This document shows, piece after piece, positions 40,400 to 52,087 of a stretch of 64,000 bases of DNA. Source of the DNA: Candidatus Aminicenantales bacterium (lineage in GTDB: Bacteria > Acidobacteriota > Aminicenantia > Aminicenantales > UBA4085); contig JBEKTZ010000001.1 of the NCBI GenBank assembly GCA_049515535.1, positions 144,599 through 208,598 on the forward strand, written 5' to 3'. The translations under genes and the position numbers were made by a program. The notes beneath the pieces are model-generated. The model did not search any database. It was not told the origin of the DNA and was given only the letters and a program-made list of their open reading frames with translations. The stretch's first letter is position 1. Each line of letters begins with the position of its first letter.

Positions 40400-42198
40400 T
40401 CCTTCAGCCAATCTCTGAAAATCGCCGCCTGGAGCGGAGTGGGGTTCGCGATGGGCTTCATGCGAAAGCTCCGCTCCGTCTTCTTCCCCAGGACGACTTC
40501 GACCTCGCGGTTTATGTTGCGGCGCGAGATGAGGACCTTGACCTTGTCCCCCGCTTTTCCGGCGCCGAGGAGTTCGCTGAGCGTCCGGGCTTGGGCGCGC
40601 ACGCCGTCCAGGGCGACGATCTCGTCCTGCGCGCTGAGTCCGGCGCGCGAAGCCGGAGAATCCAGCACGACGCTCGAGATGATCAGGGCCCCGTTTTGGT
40701 CGCGGGCGACCGCCCCGAAATCGGCGCCGGGCGTTTCCCGGGGCTGAACGTCGATATCCAGACCCGCAAAGGCGAGATATTTGCCGTAATCGATGTCTTT
40801 CACCGTCGCGGCGTAATCATCGAAGATCTCGGCCAATGAGCATCCGGCCGCTCCTTCGCAGACCTCGCGAAACTCCAGATCGGTGAAGCCCCGCTTCTTT
40901 TCCTTGTAAAACTTCTGATAGAGCGTCCGCATCACGTCGTCGAGGGACTTCCGGTTCTTCGTCTCGTTCCGGATCTTGAGGTCGAGAAGCAGGCCGAGCG
41001 CGGCGCCCTTGTCGTAATAGGAGATCGTGGTGTTGGCCGCGTTCTCGTTCCGGTTGAAGAACTGGATCCAGGTGTCGAAGCTCGACTGGGTCGCGGATTG
41101 GACCAGATGTCCGGGGGCGTTCTCGAACCTGGCGATGGTCGACCGGAACCGTTCGAGGATTTCGTCCCGGCCGAGAAGCCCGGCCCGATTGAGGATCAGG
41201 TCCTCGTAATAAACGGTGAACCCTTCGGCCACCCAGAGCATGTTCGTATAATTTTCTCGGTCATAATCGAACGGACCCAGCGCGATCGGCCGGATCCTTT
41301 TGACGTTATAAAGGTGGAAGAATTCGTGCGAGACGAAGCTCAAAAAGCTCTTATAGCCCGCCGGGCTGCTCAAGCCGGCGGCGTTGAGCGTGAGCGCCAC
41401 GGAATTCAGGTGCTCGAGGCCCCCCCCGCCCGGGCCGATCCCCAGGAAGACGTAGCGCCGGTACGGGATTTCTCCGATGAGCGCCGCGGCCGCCTCGACC
41501 ATCCTCTTCAGGTCGGAGGAGAATTTCGCCCGGTCGAGGGTCCCCAGATTATCGGCGACGAAAAGATGGGGAATGCCCTGGACCTCGAACGGCAGGATCT
41601 CCTGGTTCCCGGCGAGGATCGGGCTGTCGTAGAGGACGTCGAAATCCGGGGCGGAGAACGTGTTCGGCCGCTCCGGAACGGGATCGAGCCCGGTCGAGAC
41701 CCGGCTCCAATCCTGATACGGTTTGACGGCGACGATCACGGGATGTTGGAGGCGGCCGGCGATATGCATGAAGACGCCGGTCGGCGAAATAAAACCCCGA
41801 CTGTCGTCCAGATAGCTATCGGCCACCGACCGGGCGAAAGCATAGACGTCATAGCTCACCGCAACGAAAGCGCTCTTCCCGGACTTGACCCGCCAGGTAT
41901 TTTTCGCGGTTTTCTGCCACGCTAAAAGGTTCCCCGCGCTGTCCTCGGCGCGGAAATTGATGACGTTTTTGGCATAATCCATGATCAAGTAATATCCCGG
42001 CGTCCAGGCCGGCATTTTGAAATCCTGGGTCTCGCCCTTCAACCCGTCCACGCGGAAAACGACGTGGAAATAATGCGTGTTCGGCCGATCCATGGACACG
42101 GTGAAGGCCATCCCTCCTTCCGGCGCCTGCCCAAGGGCGAAGGACACCGCGAAAAGAAAGACGAGGCAAAAGAGGGCCGCTCGGAATTGGTTCTTCAT
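40396..42198 (-). CDS. M61 family aminopeptidase with C-terminal PDZ domain
   Basis: MPAWTPGYY, GGGLEH, SHEFFHLYNVKRIRP, EGFTVYY, YYDKG; start at MKNQF after GGAGG. Confidence 0.93.
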   Translation of the reverse strand: MKNQFRAALFCLVFLFAVSFALGQAPEGGMAFTVSMDRPNTHYFHVVFRVDGLKGETQDFKMPAWTPGYYLIMDYAKNVINFRAEDSAGNLLAWQKTAKNTWRVKSGKSAFVAVSYDVYAFARSVADSYLDDSRGFISPTGVFMHIAGRLQHPVIVAVKPYQDWSRVSTGLDPVPERPNTFSAPDFDVLYDSPILAGNQEILPFEVQGIPHLFVADNLGTLDRAKFSSDLKRMVEAAAALIGEIPYRRYVFLGIGPGGGGLEHLNSVALTLNAAGLSSPAGYKSFLSFVSHEFFHLYNVKRIRPIALGPFDYDRENYTNMLWVAEGFTVYYEDLILNRAGLLGRDEILERFRSTIARFENAPGHLVQSATQSSFDTWIQFFNRNENAANTTISYYDKGAALGLLLDLKIRNETKNRKSLDDVMRTLYQKFYKEKKRGFTDLEFREVCEGAAGCSLAEIFDDYAATVKDIDYGKYLAFAGLDIDVQPRETPGADFGAVARDQNGALIISSVVLDSPASRAGLSAQDEIVALDGVRAQARTLSELLGAGKAGDKVKVLISRRNINREVEVVLGKKTERSFRMKPIANPTPLQAAIFRDWLKD

Positions 42199-42211
42199 CT
42201 CAAAACCTCCT

Positions 42212-42276
42212 GTCAAGGGACGATCCTTCGCGGCGGAAGTGGACCCCCGGGCAAAGCCCGGGCCCCGTCCGCCGTC
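42212..42276 (+). repeat. Palindromic element, short form with a 1-bp deletion, abutting the M61 RBS
   Basis: GTC repeats at 42212 and 42274 (62 apart); GCCCGGGCCCC in place of GCCCGGGGCCCC. Confidence 0.92.
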
Positions 42277-42318
42277 GACGCGATCCCCGCATGAGACGGG
42301 TATCGCCATCGGATTCCA

Positions 42319-43035
42319 TTAAAGATCCAGCGCCATCCGCGGATTCTGCCGCGTCAGGATTTCGAAGCGCATCCGGCCGCCGCAAAACCGCTGGACCAAG
42401 TCCGTCAGTTCCCGGCCGATGTCCTCCACCTCGGATTTCGGAACGGGAGGAAGCCCGTCGACGTTGAATTCGATGGCTCGCGTGGCCGGCACGGTCAACG
42501 TGTGTGTGGCCTGGCGCCAGCTCCAGCGGCGGGTCAAGACCGTATTCCCTTCGGCGAAAATGATCTCCCCGGAGACAGGATGCTCCGTCTCCTCCGATCC
42601 GAACGGGACAAACACCTCTTCTCCCGTGGCCGGTCTCAGGGCGATATCATGGGAAACGGCGTCGAGCGCGTGAGCGCCGATGGGCAGGATATGCCGCAGC
42701 GAGAGAATATTGCCGATGTCGACCAAAGCGTTGATCGACGGCAGCTCTTGATTATGAAGCACGCGGCGGGCCATCGCCTCGACGGACGACCTGAATTCGC
42801 TCGGCTTGATTCCCGCCGTCCGAAACGCCTCCCGCCACGAAGCGATCCGGGGGTGGGCGGCGATCTCCTCCAGTTTCAGTCGTTCGCGGACCGAGGCTTC
42901 CGCGGCCCGGAGCATCTCGACAAGGGGGGAAGGCGATTCGCTGTTTTGGACGTCAAGAGCGATGAGGACGCCGCGCACATACTCCGGAAACTTGAGGAAC
43001 ACGGCATCGGCGATGGAATAGAATAAACCGTTCAT
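42319..43035 (-). CDS. B3/4 domain (PheRS-beta editing-like) protein
   Basis: WREAF...SSVEAM.RR, LPSINALVD.GN, RRWSWRQ motifs. Confidence 0.88.
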   Translation of the reverse strand: MNGLFYSIADAVFLKFPEYVRGVLIALDVQNSESPSPLVEMLRAAEASVRERLKLEEIAAHPRIASWREAFRTAGIKPSEFRSSVEAMARRVLHNQELPSINALVDIGNILSLRHILPIGAHALDAVSHDIALRPATGEEVFVPFGSEETEHPVSGEIIFAEGNTVLTRRWSWRQATHTLTVPATRAIEFNVDGLPPVPKSEVEDIGRELTDLVQRFCGGRMRFEILTRQNPRMALDL

Positions 43036-43054
43036 GGTTACCTCCTGAAAACGA

Positions 43055-45331
43055 TTACTTCTTCGGCCCGGGCGGCAGATGGTCCAGCAGATAGGACGTC
43101 AAAAGAGCGTAGAGGTGCATCGTCGTGCCTCTCCCCTCCGAAATGCCGTGGGTCCGGTTCGGATAAGCCATCATCGTGAACTTCTTGCCGGCGGCCACGA
43201 GCTCGTTGACGAGCCGCTCGAAGCCTTGATAATGGACGTTGTCGTCGCCCGTGCCGTGGACGATGAGCAAATTCCCCTTCAATCGATCGGCGAACGTGAG
43301 CGGCGAGCCGTTCTTGTAGCCGTCGGGATTATCCTTGGGCAAGCCCATGTAGCGCTCTTGGTAAATCGAATCGTACAATCGCTGGTCGGGCACGGAGGCC
43401 ACGGACATCCCCGTCTTGTAGATCTCGGGATAGCGGAACATCATATTGAGCGTCATCGATCCGCCGCCGCTCCAGCCCCAGATGCCGATCCGGTCCGCGT
43501 CGATAAACGGCCATTTCCGGAGCATGGCTTTCGCCGCGGCCGCCTGGTCTTCGGAAGCGAGGATGCCGATTTGGCGATAGATGCTCTTGCGCCAGGCCCG
43601 GCCACGCGGCTGGGGCGTCCCGCGGTTGTCCACGCTGGCGACCAGATAGCCCTTCTGGGCGAGCATGAGATGCCATAGATACCCGTTTCCGCCCCAGCGG
43701 TCGTTCACCGTGGTCCCGGCCGGCTCGCCGTAGACCTGGAAGAAGAGCGGATATTTTTTTTGCGGATCGAAGTCCGGCGGCTTGATCATCCAGCCGTCCA
43801 GCCGGACGCCGGCGCCGATATCGACGCGGAAGAATTCCACAGGGCTGCGCCCGAGGCCCTTGATCTTGGCCGCAAGATCTTTGTTCTCCGCGAGCGGCCG
43901 GACGACGGCGTGCTGCGGGAGCTTGACAAGATCCACGACCGGCGGAGTATCGAAGTTCGAATACGTGTGGATCGCCCACAGCGACGAAGGCGACATCTGA
44001 TAGCTGTGCGAGCCGGGCTTGTCGGCGGGGCTCAGGCGTTCGGGTTTTCCCTTGCCGTCGAGCCGGATGCGGTAGAGATAGCGCTGAACCGGATTTTCGA
44101 GCGATCCGGTGAAATACAGCCAGCCCGCGTTCTCATCGATGCTATCGATCCCCAGGACGTCGTAATCCCCGGGCGTGACGAGCCGGGCTTCGCCCCGTCG
44201 CGAAACGAAATACACGTGGCGCCAGCCGTCCCGCTCGCTCGTCCAGGTGAACCGCGCTCCCTTCTCGATCCATCGCGGATCGTTGACGACCTCGACCCAG
44301 GCATCATCGCGGTCGGTGAAGATCGTCCGGGCCTCGCCGGTCTTGATGTCGCCGAGCATGACCTCGTTCACGTTCTGGAGGCGGTTGAGGCGCTGGAAAA
44401 TGATCTCGGCCGAATTGCCGGCCCAGTCCATCCGGGGGATGTACGCGTTGCGTTCATCGCCGGGGACGCGGATCCATTTCAGCGGACCGCCGAAGGAGCT
44501 GACGATTCCCACGCGACAGGCGGAGTTCGTCTCCCCCGGTTTGGGATACGGGATCGGGATGAGCCTCGGGTAGAGCGAATCCGTATTATTGATCAGATTG
44601 AAGATTTGGACCTGGGAGGTATCGAACTGCCAGAAGGCGATGTTCGCGCCGTCGGGGCTCCAGCGGAATCCGTCTCTCAAGCCGAATTCCTCTTCGTAAA
44701 CCCAATCGGACGTGCCGTTGATGAGCGTGTCCGATCCGTTCCAGGTCAGGCGGACGATCCGGCCCGAACCGATGTCCTCGGAATAGATGTCGTTCTTGAC
44801 GACGTAGGCGGCGCGGAGGCCGTCGGGTGAGAATTTGGCGAACATGAGCGTGGACGGCTCGAACGTCTCTCCCAGTTTTTTCAGCGCGCCCGCGGCCAGG
44901 TCCAAAACCCAGTAATCGCCGCGCGTGTTCTGCCGCCAGACGCGGCGGGAATTGGTGAAGATCATGAGCTTTCGGCCGTCGTCCGACCATTCGTAATTCT
45001 CGATCGTGAGCGGTTTCGCCTCAGCCGGCGGCGGAGGGATGAGCTTGGACGCGGAAACGAGGACCTCGCGCTTCCCCGTTTCGGCCGAATAGACGACGAT
45101 GTCGCGGCCGCCCCGGCCGTCCTTCGCCTCCTCCAGGGTCGTATAGGACGAGCCGTCCTTGAGCCAGCGGGCCGGGCCGAAACGTTGCGAGGCGAATTCG
45201 CGCGAATTGTAAATGCGCTCTAAATTCAGTAGAGGATCATAGGGTTTGTCCTGAGCGGCAAGGACCGCGACCCGGCAGAGGACGCCGAAAACGACAAGGA
45301 AAAGGCCGGCGTTTTTTTTCATGTTCATCAT
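43055..45331 (-). CDS. S9B dipeptidyl peptidase IV family
   Basis: NGTSDWVYEEE, GWSGG, HGTGDDNVH, RTH. Confidence 0.94.
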   Translation of the reverse strand: MMNMKKNAGLFLVVFGVLCRVAVLAAQDKPYDPLLNLERIYNSREFASQRFGPARWLKDGSSYTTLEEAKDGRGGRDIVVYSAETGKREVLVSASKLIPPPPAEAKPLTIENYEWSDDGRKLMIFTNSRRVWRQNTRGDYWVLDLAAGALKKLGETFEPSTLMFAKFSPDGLRAAYVVKNDIYSEDIGSGRIVRLTWNGSDTLINGTSDWVYEEEFGLRDGFRWSPDGANIAFWQFDTSQVQIFNLINNTDSLYPRLIPIPYPKPGETNSACRVGIVSSFGGPLKWIRVPGDERNAYIPRMDWAGNSAEIIFQRLNRLQNVNEVMLGDIKTGEARTIFTDRDDAWVEVVNDPRWIEKGARFTWTSERDGWRHVYFVSRRGEARLVTPGDYDVLGIDSIDENAGWLYFTGSLENPVQRYLYRIRLDGKGKPERLSPADKPGSHSYQMSPSSLWAIHTYSNFDTPPVVDLVKLPQHAVVRPLAENKDLAAKIKGLGRSPVEFFRVDIGAGVRLDGWMIKPPDFDPQKKYPLFFQVYGEPAGTTVNDRWGGNGYLWHLMLAQKGYLVASVDNRGTPQPRGRAWRKSIYRQIGILASEDQAAAAKAMLRKWPFIDADRIGIWGWSGGGSMTLNMMFRYPEIYKTGMSVASVPDQRLYDSIYQERYMGLPKDNPDGYKNGSPLTFADRLKGNLLIVHGTGDDNVHYQGFERLVNELVAAGKKFTMMAYPNRTHGISEGRGTTMHLYALLTSYLLDHLPPGPKK

Positions 45332-45442
45332 GATGATCTCCTCGCGTATCTAAGTCGTCCCTTGACCTTACCGTAAGATATTCAATCCCGTCTTCAAAGT
45401 AAAGCGGAGCCGTGCTAAAATGGGACCCAAAGGACAAAGGCC

Positions 45443-48286
45443 ATGAACCGACAATCCCCCAAAAAATTCCCGCTTCGGCTATCCTTCGTCTTGTTCGGAA
45501 TGGGCATCGTCGCCCTCGGCCTGGCCTTTGCCATCGAGACCGGCGAGATCAAAGGCAAGGTCGCGGACGAGACCGGCGCCGGCCTCCCCGGTGTGGAGAT
45601 ATCGGCCAGCGGGCCTTCGCTCCAGGGGACAAGGACGGGCCTCTCCTCGAAGGACGGCGATTTCCATTTCCCGCTCCTTCCGGTCGGATTCTATACCCTC
45701 ACATTCAAGCTCCAGGGCTTCAACACCGTCAAACAGGAGAAGGTCGTCGTCCGCCTGGGCATGACGACCAGCCTGAGCGTGGCGATGCCGCAGGCCTCTC
45801 TCCAAAAGGAGATCGTTGTCACCGCGGAATCTCCGCTCATCGACAAAACCGCGACGGACACATCCTACCATTTGAGCGCCGCGGACCTGGACAAGGCCCC
45901 GGTCCAGAACCGGACGGTCGTGGACGCCGTCAAATTCGCTCCCGGCGTGACCGGCGTCCGGATGGATACCCGGCGCGGATCCGCGGCCGAAGGACAGCCG
46001 AGCATCCGCGGCGAGGGCCAGGAAGGCAACACCTGGATCGTGGACGGCCTGTCGATCAGCGGCGTGCGGCTCAAGAATTCCGGAGCGAAGCTCAACCTCG
46101 ACTCGCTCGACGAGATCCAGATCATCTCCGACCCGTTCAGCCCCGAGTTCGGTTCGGCCTACGGCGGCATCATCAACATGGTCACCAAGAGCGGCGGCAA
46201 CGAATTCAAGGGCGAGGCGAGCCTCGTCTTCATGAACAAATACCTGCAGGCCGCGCGGCAGCCCCAGCTCTCCATCGTCAGCGAGCCGAACTATTTCTCC
46301 AACGGCAATTGGTACGCCAACCTGGGCGGCCCGATTCTGAAGGACAAGCTCTGGTTCTTTCTGTCCGAGAACTATTACACGAATACCGAGGAGACCACGG
46401 ACGGCGCGATCGACTATCTCTCCATCCCGGGAGGAAAGAAGACGACGGGCAGCAACAACCTCTTCGGGAAGCTCACCTATTCGTTCAACACCAACCACAA
46501 CATTTCATTCACGGCCATATACGACACGTCGTTCCGGCCCCATGGAGTCACGGGTTTCCCGGAAATGAACGAGGCGAACGACACCCGGGATCTCATCGCC
46601 CGGATGAATTATAAGGGCATTTTGAACGCCTCGACATACATCGAGGCCGGTCTGGGCCTCGTCAGCAGGAAATCCTTCAAGCACCCCGTCTCCGGGGATC
46701 TGGGCCCGGCCCAGTATTACATCGAGGACCTGGCCCAGAACACCCGCAATTCCTACGGCGACGTCACGGACAACGAGGACCGGCTGGACGCGAGCTTCAA
46801 GCTCTCCAAGGTTTTCGAGACCGAGACCATCGGCCGCCATGAGATCAACCTGGGACTGGAATATTACAGGGTCGCCTCCCATTTCGTGACGGACTTCAGC
46901 GGCAAAAACGAAGACATCTTTCCGGGAGACGGCTTCGACAACGGGACGAAATACCAGTTCGACACCCGGAAAAACGGCGGCGGAACGCCGACCCTGCTCC
47001 GCGAATACGGGCTTTTTTCCTTCATCGATTCAGCGCGGGGAATCGGCCTCTATTTCAAGGACAAGATCTCCTGGGACCGGTTCACGCTGATGGCCGGAAT
47101 CCGCAGCCAGACCCAGCTCCTGCTGGACGATAAAGGAAACGAGATCTGGTCCTGGAACCTGAACGATTTTCTCTCTCCCCGCTTCTCTTTGACGGCGGAC
47201 CTGGCCAACGACGGGGCCAATATTTTGAAGATCGCCTGGGGCCTCTTTTCGGATCCGATCACGACCATGCCCCTCGGTTTTTTCAACGCCGGGGGAAGCT
47301 TGACGTATCGCGACTACCGCTGGACGGGGCCGCAGAACCCATCGGAAAGCGAGCTCCACAATCCCTCGAACTGGGCGCTCCAATGGGAACAACCGAACGA
47401 ACGATTCCAAGTGGCCGACGGGCTGTCCCCCAATTTTCAAAGCCGCTTTCTTCTCGAATTCGACCGGAGGATCGCCCGGGACTGGGCGGTCAAGGCGCGC
47501 TATGTCCATTCCAGCGCCGACAAGCTCCTCGAGGCCCTGATGGTCTTGGATCCCGGCTCGGCCCTGGGGTATAAGTTCCTCTATGACAATTTCGAGAACA
47601 AGCGAAGAGATTACGGCGGCTTCGAGGTCGAGCTCATCGGGAAAATCGGACGGTCCTTTTTCCTGAACGCATCCTATTCTCACGCCCTGGCCAGGGGAAC
47701 GAACCCCGGCCAAACGGAGACCGGGTCCTGGTCGCAAGAAGAGGGAGGCACGAATTTCGTCGGGCTCTTCGGGAAACACATGTACGTCCCGAACGCGCCC
47801 GGTTTCGAGGACATCAAGGCCCAGGTCGATTATCTGTTCGGAGGGCTGGGCGGAAGAGGCGTCGGCGACGAAGGCTGGTACGGAAAATTGCCTTATTCGA
47901 TCGATCACGACGTCAAGGTGAACGCGGCGTACAACGGGCCTTTCAACCTTCTCATGTCCGCGGCTTTCGAATATATCTCCGGCTACTACTGGGAAAAGCT
48001 GGGCTATGTGCCGGGTTTCGGCGGCTACTATTCATTCCCCGAAGGCCGCGGTTCGCGGAAGACCCCTCCGCATGCCTATCTCGACGTCTCGCTCGAGAAA
48101 TCGTTCGCGATCCCGGCCGCCGGTCTATTCAAGAACGCCGCGCTCTCGGTCCGGCTGGACGTTTTCAATCTCTTGGACAGCCAGCGCCCGATTTCTTACG
48201 TCAAGGAAGATGTCGCGATTTTCGGGACTATTTGGGCCCGCCAGCAGCCGCGGCAGGCGCGCCTGTCGGCGAAACTGAAATTCTGA
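45443..48286 (+). CDS. TonB-dependent receptor (Oar-like, N-terminal carboxypeptidase-regulatory-like domain)
   Basis: TGEIKGKV.D..G..LPGV, EFG...GGIINMVTKSGGNEFKG, LGGPILKDKLWFF, terminal PRQARLSAKLKF. Confidence 0.9.
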   Translation: MNRQSPKKFPLRLSFVLFGMGIVALGLAFAIETGEIKGKVADETGAGLPGVEISASGPSLQGTRTGLSSKDGDFHFPLLPVGFYTLTFKLQGFNTVKQEKVVVRLGMTTSLSVAMPQASLQKEIVVTAESPLIDKTATDTSYHLSAADLDKAPVQNRTVVDAVKFAPGVTGVRMDTRRGSAAEGQPSIRGEGQEGNTWIVDGLSISGVRLKNSGAKLNLDSLDEIQIISDPFSPEFGSAYGGIINMVTKSGGNEFKGEASLVFMNKYLQAARQPQLSIVSEPNYFSNGNWYANLGGPILKDKLWFFLSENYYTNTEETTDGAIDYLSIPGGKKTTGSNNLFGKLTYSFNTNHNISFTAIYDTSFRPHGVTGFPEMNEANDTRDLIARMNYKGILNASTYIEAGLGLVSRKSFKHPVSGDLGPAQYYIEDLAQNTRNSYGDVTDNEDRLDASFKLSKVFETETIGRHEINLGLEYYRVASHFVTDFSGKNEDIFPGDGFDNGTKYQFDTRKNGGGTPTLLREYGLFSFIDSARGIGLYFKDKISWDRFTLMAGIRSQTQLLLDDKGNEIWSWNLNDFLSPRFSLTADLANDGANILKIAWGLFSDPITTMPLGFFNAGGSLTYRDYRWTGPQNPSESELHNPSNWALQWEQPNERFQVADGLSPNFQSRFLLEFDRRIARDWAVKARYVHSSADKLLEALMVLDPGSALGYKFLYDNFENKRRDYGGFEVELIGKIGRSFFLNASYSHALARGTNPGQTETGSWSQEEGGTNFVGLFGKHMYVPNAPGFEDIKAQVDYLFGGLGGRGVGDEGWYGKLPYSIDHDVKVNAAYNGPFNLLMSAAFEYISGYYWEKLGYVPGFGGYYSFPEGRGSRKTPPHAYLDVSLEKSFAIPAAGLFKNAALSVRLDVFNLLDSQRPISYVKEDVAIFGTIWARQQPRQARLSAKLKF

Positions 48287-50116
<1,830 letters not shown>

Positions 50117-50125
50117 GGGACCCCC

Positions 50126-51529
50126 TTAGGATTTGGGATTTTCTCGCTTTTGCTTTTCTCTTTGCCGCTTCGCCCAGCCCTCTTTTTCGAACTGACGGCC
50201 GCGGGCGACGGCCAGCGCGCCCGGTGAAACGTCCTTGGTGATGACGGATCCCGCGGCGACGTAGGCTCCCCGGCCGATCTTGACGGGCGCCACGAGCTGG
50301 GCGCCGGACCCGATGAAGGCCCCGGCCTCAATGACGGTCTTGTTTTTCCGCACGCCGTCATAGTTGCACGTGATCGTTCCGGCCCCGATGTTGACGCCTT
50401 CTTGGACCTCCGTATCGCCGAGGTAGGAGAGATGCCCGGCTTTGGAGTTCCGGCCGAAATCGGTGTTCTTCATCTCGACGAAATTGCCGACATGGGCGCC
50501 GGCGCGGAGGATGGTCTTCGGCCTCAGGCGGGCGAACGGGCCGACCGTCACATGGTCTTCGATCGCCGAATTTTCGATGACGGTCGAGCTGAAAACCGTG
50601 ACATGGTCCGCGATGCGGGAATCGATAATATGGCAGCCGGGATAGAGGCGGCCGCGAGCGCCGATGACCGTTTGACCTTCGATCACGACCGAGGGATAAA
50701 TGACCGTGTCCCGGCCGATCTCGACCTCGAGATCGATCCAGGTCGAGGCAGGATTCAGGATCGTGACGCCGTTATCGGCGAGATCGCGGATCTTGCGATC
50801 CCGGAGCGCACTTAGAGCCCGGCTCAGGTCGCGGCGGGAGTTGATTTGAATGATATCCTCGGGATTCTTAGTTTTGAAGATGCCCGTCTTTTTCCCGGCC
50901 GCGGCCAGGACGGCGATGACGTCGGTCAAATAATATTCACCCTTCTTCCCGGCTTTTTTCACTTTCGGAAGCGCCCATAACAGATCCCGGACGTCGAAGA
51001 CATAAATCCCCGCGTTCACTTCCTTGATCCTCCGGAGGCGGGAGTCCGCGTCCATCTCCTCGACGATCCGAAGGCCGGCCTCGCCCTCACGAACGATCCG
51101 GCCGAATCCCGACGGATCCTCGAGTTCGGCGCTCAACACCGAAGCCGCGTTTCCGCGTTTCTTATGGAAAGCCAGAAGAGCTTTCAGGGCCGCGGGCCGG
51201 ACCAACGGCAAATCCCCCGGGAGAATGACCACATCGCCGGCCTTAGGCTTCGAGAGAACCGCCCTGGCGGCCGAGACGGCGTGTCCGGTGCCCTTCCGCT
51301 CGGGCTGATGAACGTATTCGATTCCGAGCGGGAGCGTTTCGGCCATGACGGCTTCGCGCTTGTGCCCGACGACCAAATAGATCTTTCGCGGTTTGAGCTC
51401 CCGAACGCTCTCGATCACAAGCCTGATCATGGATTTTCCCAGCAAAGGATGGAGGACTTTGTTCGTTTCGGAGCGAAATCTCGTCCCCTCCCCCGCGGCC
51501 AGGACGAGAGCCGATACAGGTTTTTTCAT
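50126..51529 (-). CDS. glmU: Bifunctional UDP-GlcNAc pyrophosphorylase/acetyltransferase
   Basis: LAAGEGTRF, EYYLTD, GNFVEMK, HLSYLGD, GTITCNYDG. Confidence 0.97.
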   Translation of the reverse strand: MKKPVSALVLAAGEGTRFRSETNKVLHPLLGKSMIRLVIESVRELKPRKIYLVVGHKREAVMAETLPLGIEYVHQPERKGTGHAVSAARAVLSKPKAGDVVILPGDLPLVRPAALKALLAFHKKRGNAASVLSAELEDPSGFGRIVREGEAGLRIVEEMDADSRLRRIKEVNAGIYVFDVRDLLWALPKVKKAGKKGEYYLTDVIAVLAAAGKKTGIFKTKNPEDIIQINSRRDLSRALSALRDRKIRDLADNGVTILNPASTWIDLEVEIGRDTVIYPSVVIEGQTVIGARGRLYPGCHIIDSRIADHVTVFSSTVIENSAIEDHVTVGPFARLRPKTILRAGAHVGNFVEMKNTDFGRNSKAGHLSYLGDTEVQEGVNIGAGTITCNYDGVRKNKTVIEAGAFIGSGAQLVAPVKIGRGAYVAAGSVITKDVSPGALAVARGRQFEKEGWAKRQREKQKRENPKS

Positions 51530-51530
51530 A

Positions 51531-52043
51531 TCAGACGAGGCGGATGATGAGTTTAAACTTTTTGTCCTCCCACAGGGGTTCGAAATCGGTTTCGTTCTGA
51601 GCCAGGACTCTGAAGAATTTATCGATCTGGACGGCTCTTTTCAGATAGTCGAGGCAAACGTCCGGCTGGCCCATCAGGCAGTGAAGATCGGCCAGGGCAT
51701 AATGGACCTTGCCTTCCTCGGGATTCATTTTCAGCGCTTTTTCAAGGAGTTTCTGCGCTTCTTCGAACCGGCCGGCGTTTGTCTGGTATATGCCGTATTG
51801 AAAATAATCGTCCATCGTCTTGAGCGGGACGGTGTCCTTGAGTTCCCCGGCTTTGTCTTCGCAGATCTTGATGTAGATCTTGGCCCGGTCGACGAGCTCT
51901 TTCTCCGCCGCATGCTTCACGATGAAATCCTTGAGCATCTCGACCGCTTTTTCGTATTTCCCTTTACGGAATTCTTTGATGGCCTCGCCATACGCGGTCA
52001 ACGCTTTCTTGTATTCGTCTTTCTTGGCTTTATCGTCTTTCAC
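51531..52043 (-). CDS. TPR-repeat protein
   Basis: Helical repeats (AQKLLEKALKMNP...VHYALA...YLKRAVQID); GTG start. Confidence 0.8.
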   Translation of the reverse strand: MKDDKAKKDEYKKALTAYGEAIKEFRKGKYEKAVEMLKDFIVKHAAEKELVDRAKIYIKICEDKAGELKDTVPLKTMDDYFQYGIYQTNAGRFEEAQKLLEKALKMNPEEGKVHYALADLHCLMGQPDVCLDYLKRAVQIDKFFRVLAQNETDFEPLWEDKKFKLIIRLV

Positions 52044-52087
52044 GTTTTTACTCCCAAAACCGGAATTTTGTTCATTTTACCTGTTTT

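Noticed and set aside
40049..40839. Plus-strand ORFs 40049-40747 and 40246-40839
   Set aside because: Made of translated palindromic elements plus the antisense strand of the M61 gene.
42199..42309. N-terminal extension of the M61 ORF in the ORF track
   Set aside because: It is translation of the intergenic repeat; the RBS and signal peptide support the start at 42198.
45355..45366. 12-bp reverse match (TCGTCCCTTGAC) to the end of the 63-bp element
   Set aside because: Too short and without the hairpin core; not counted as a copy.
50117..50125. glmS ribozyme
   Set aside because: Only 9 nt separate glmU from glmS.
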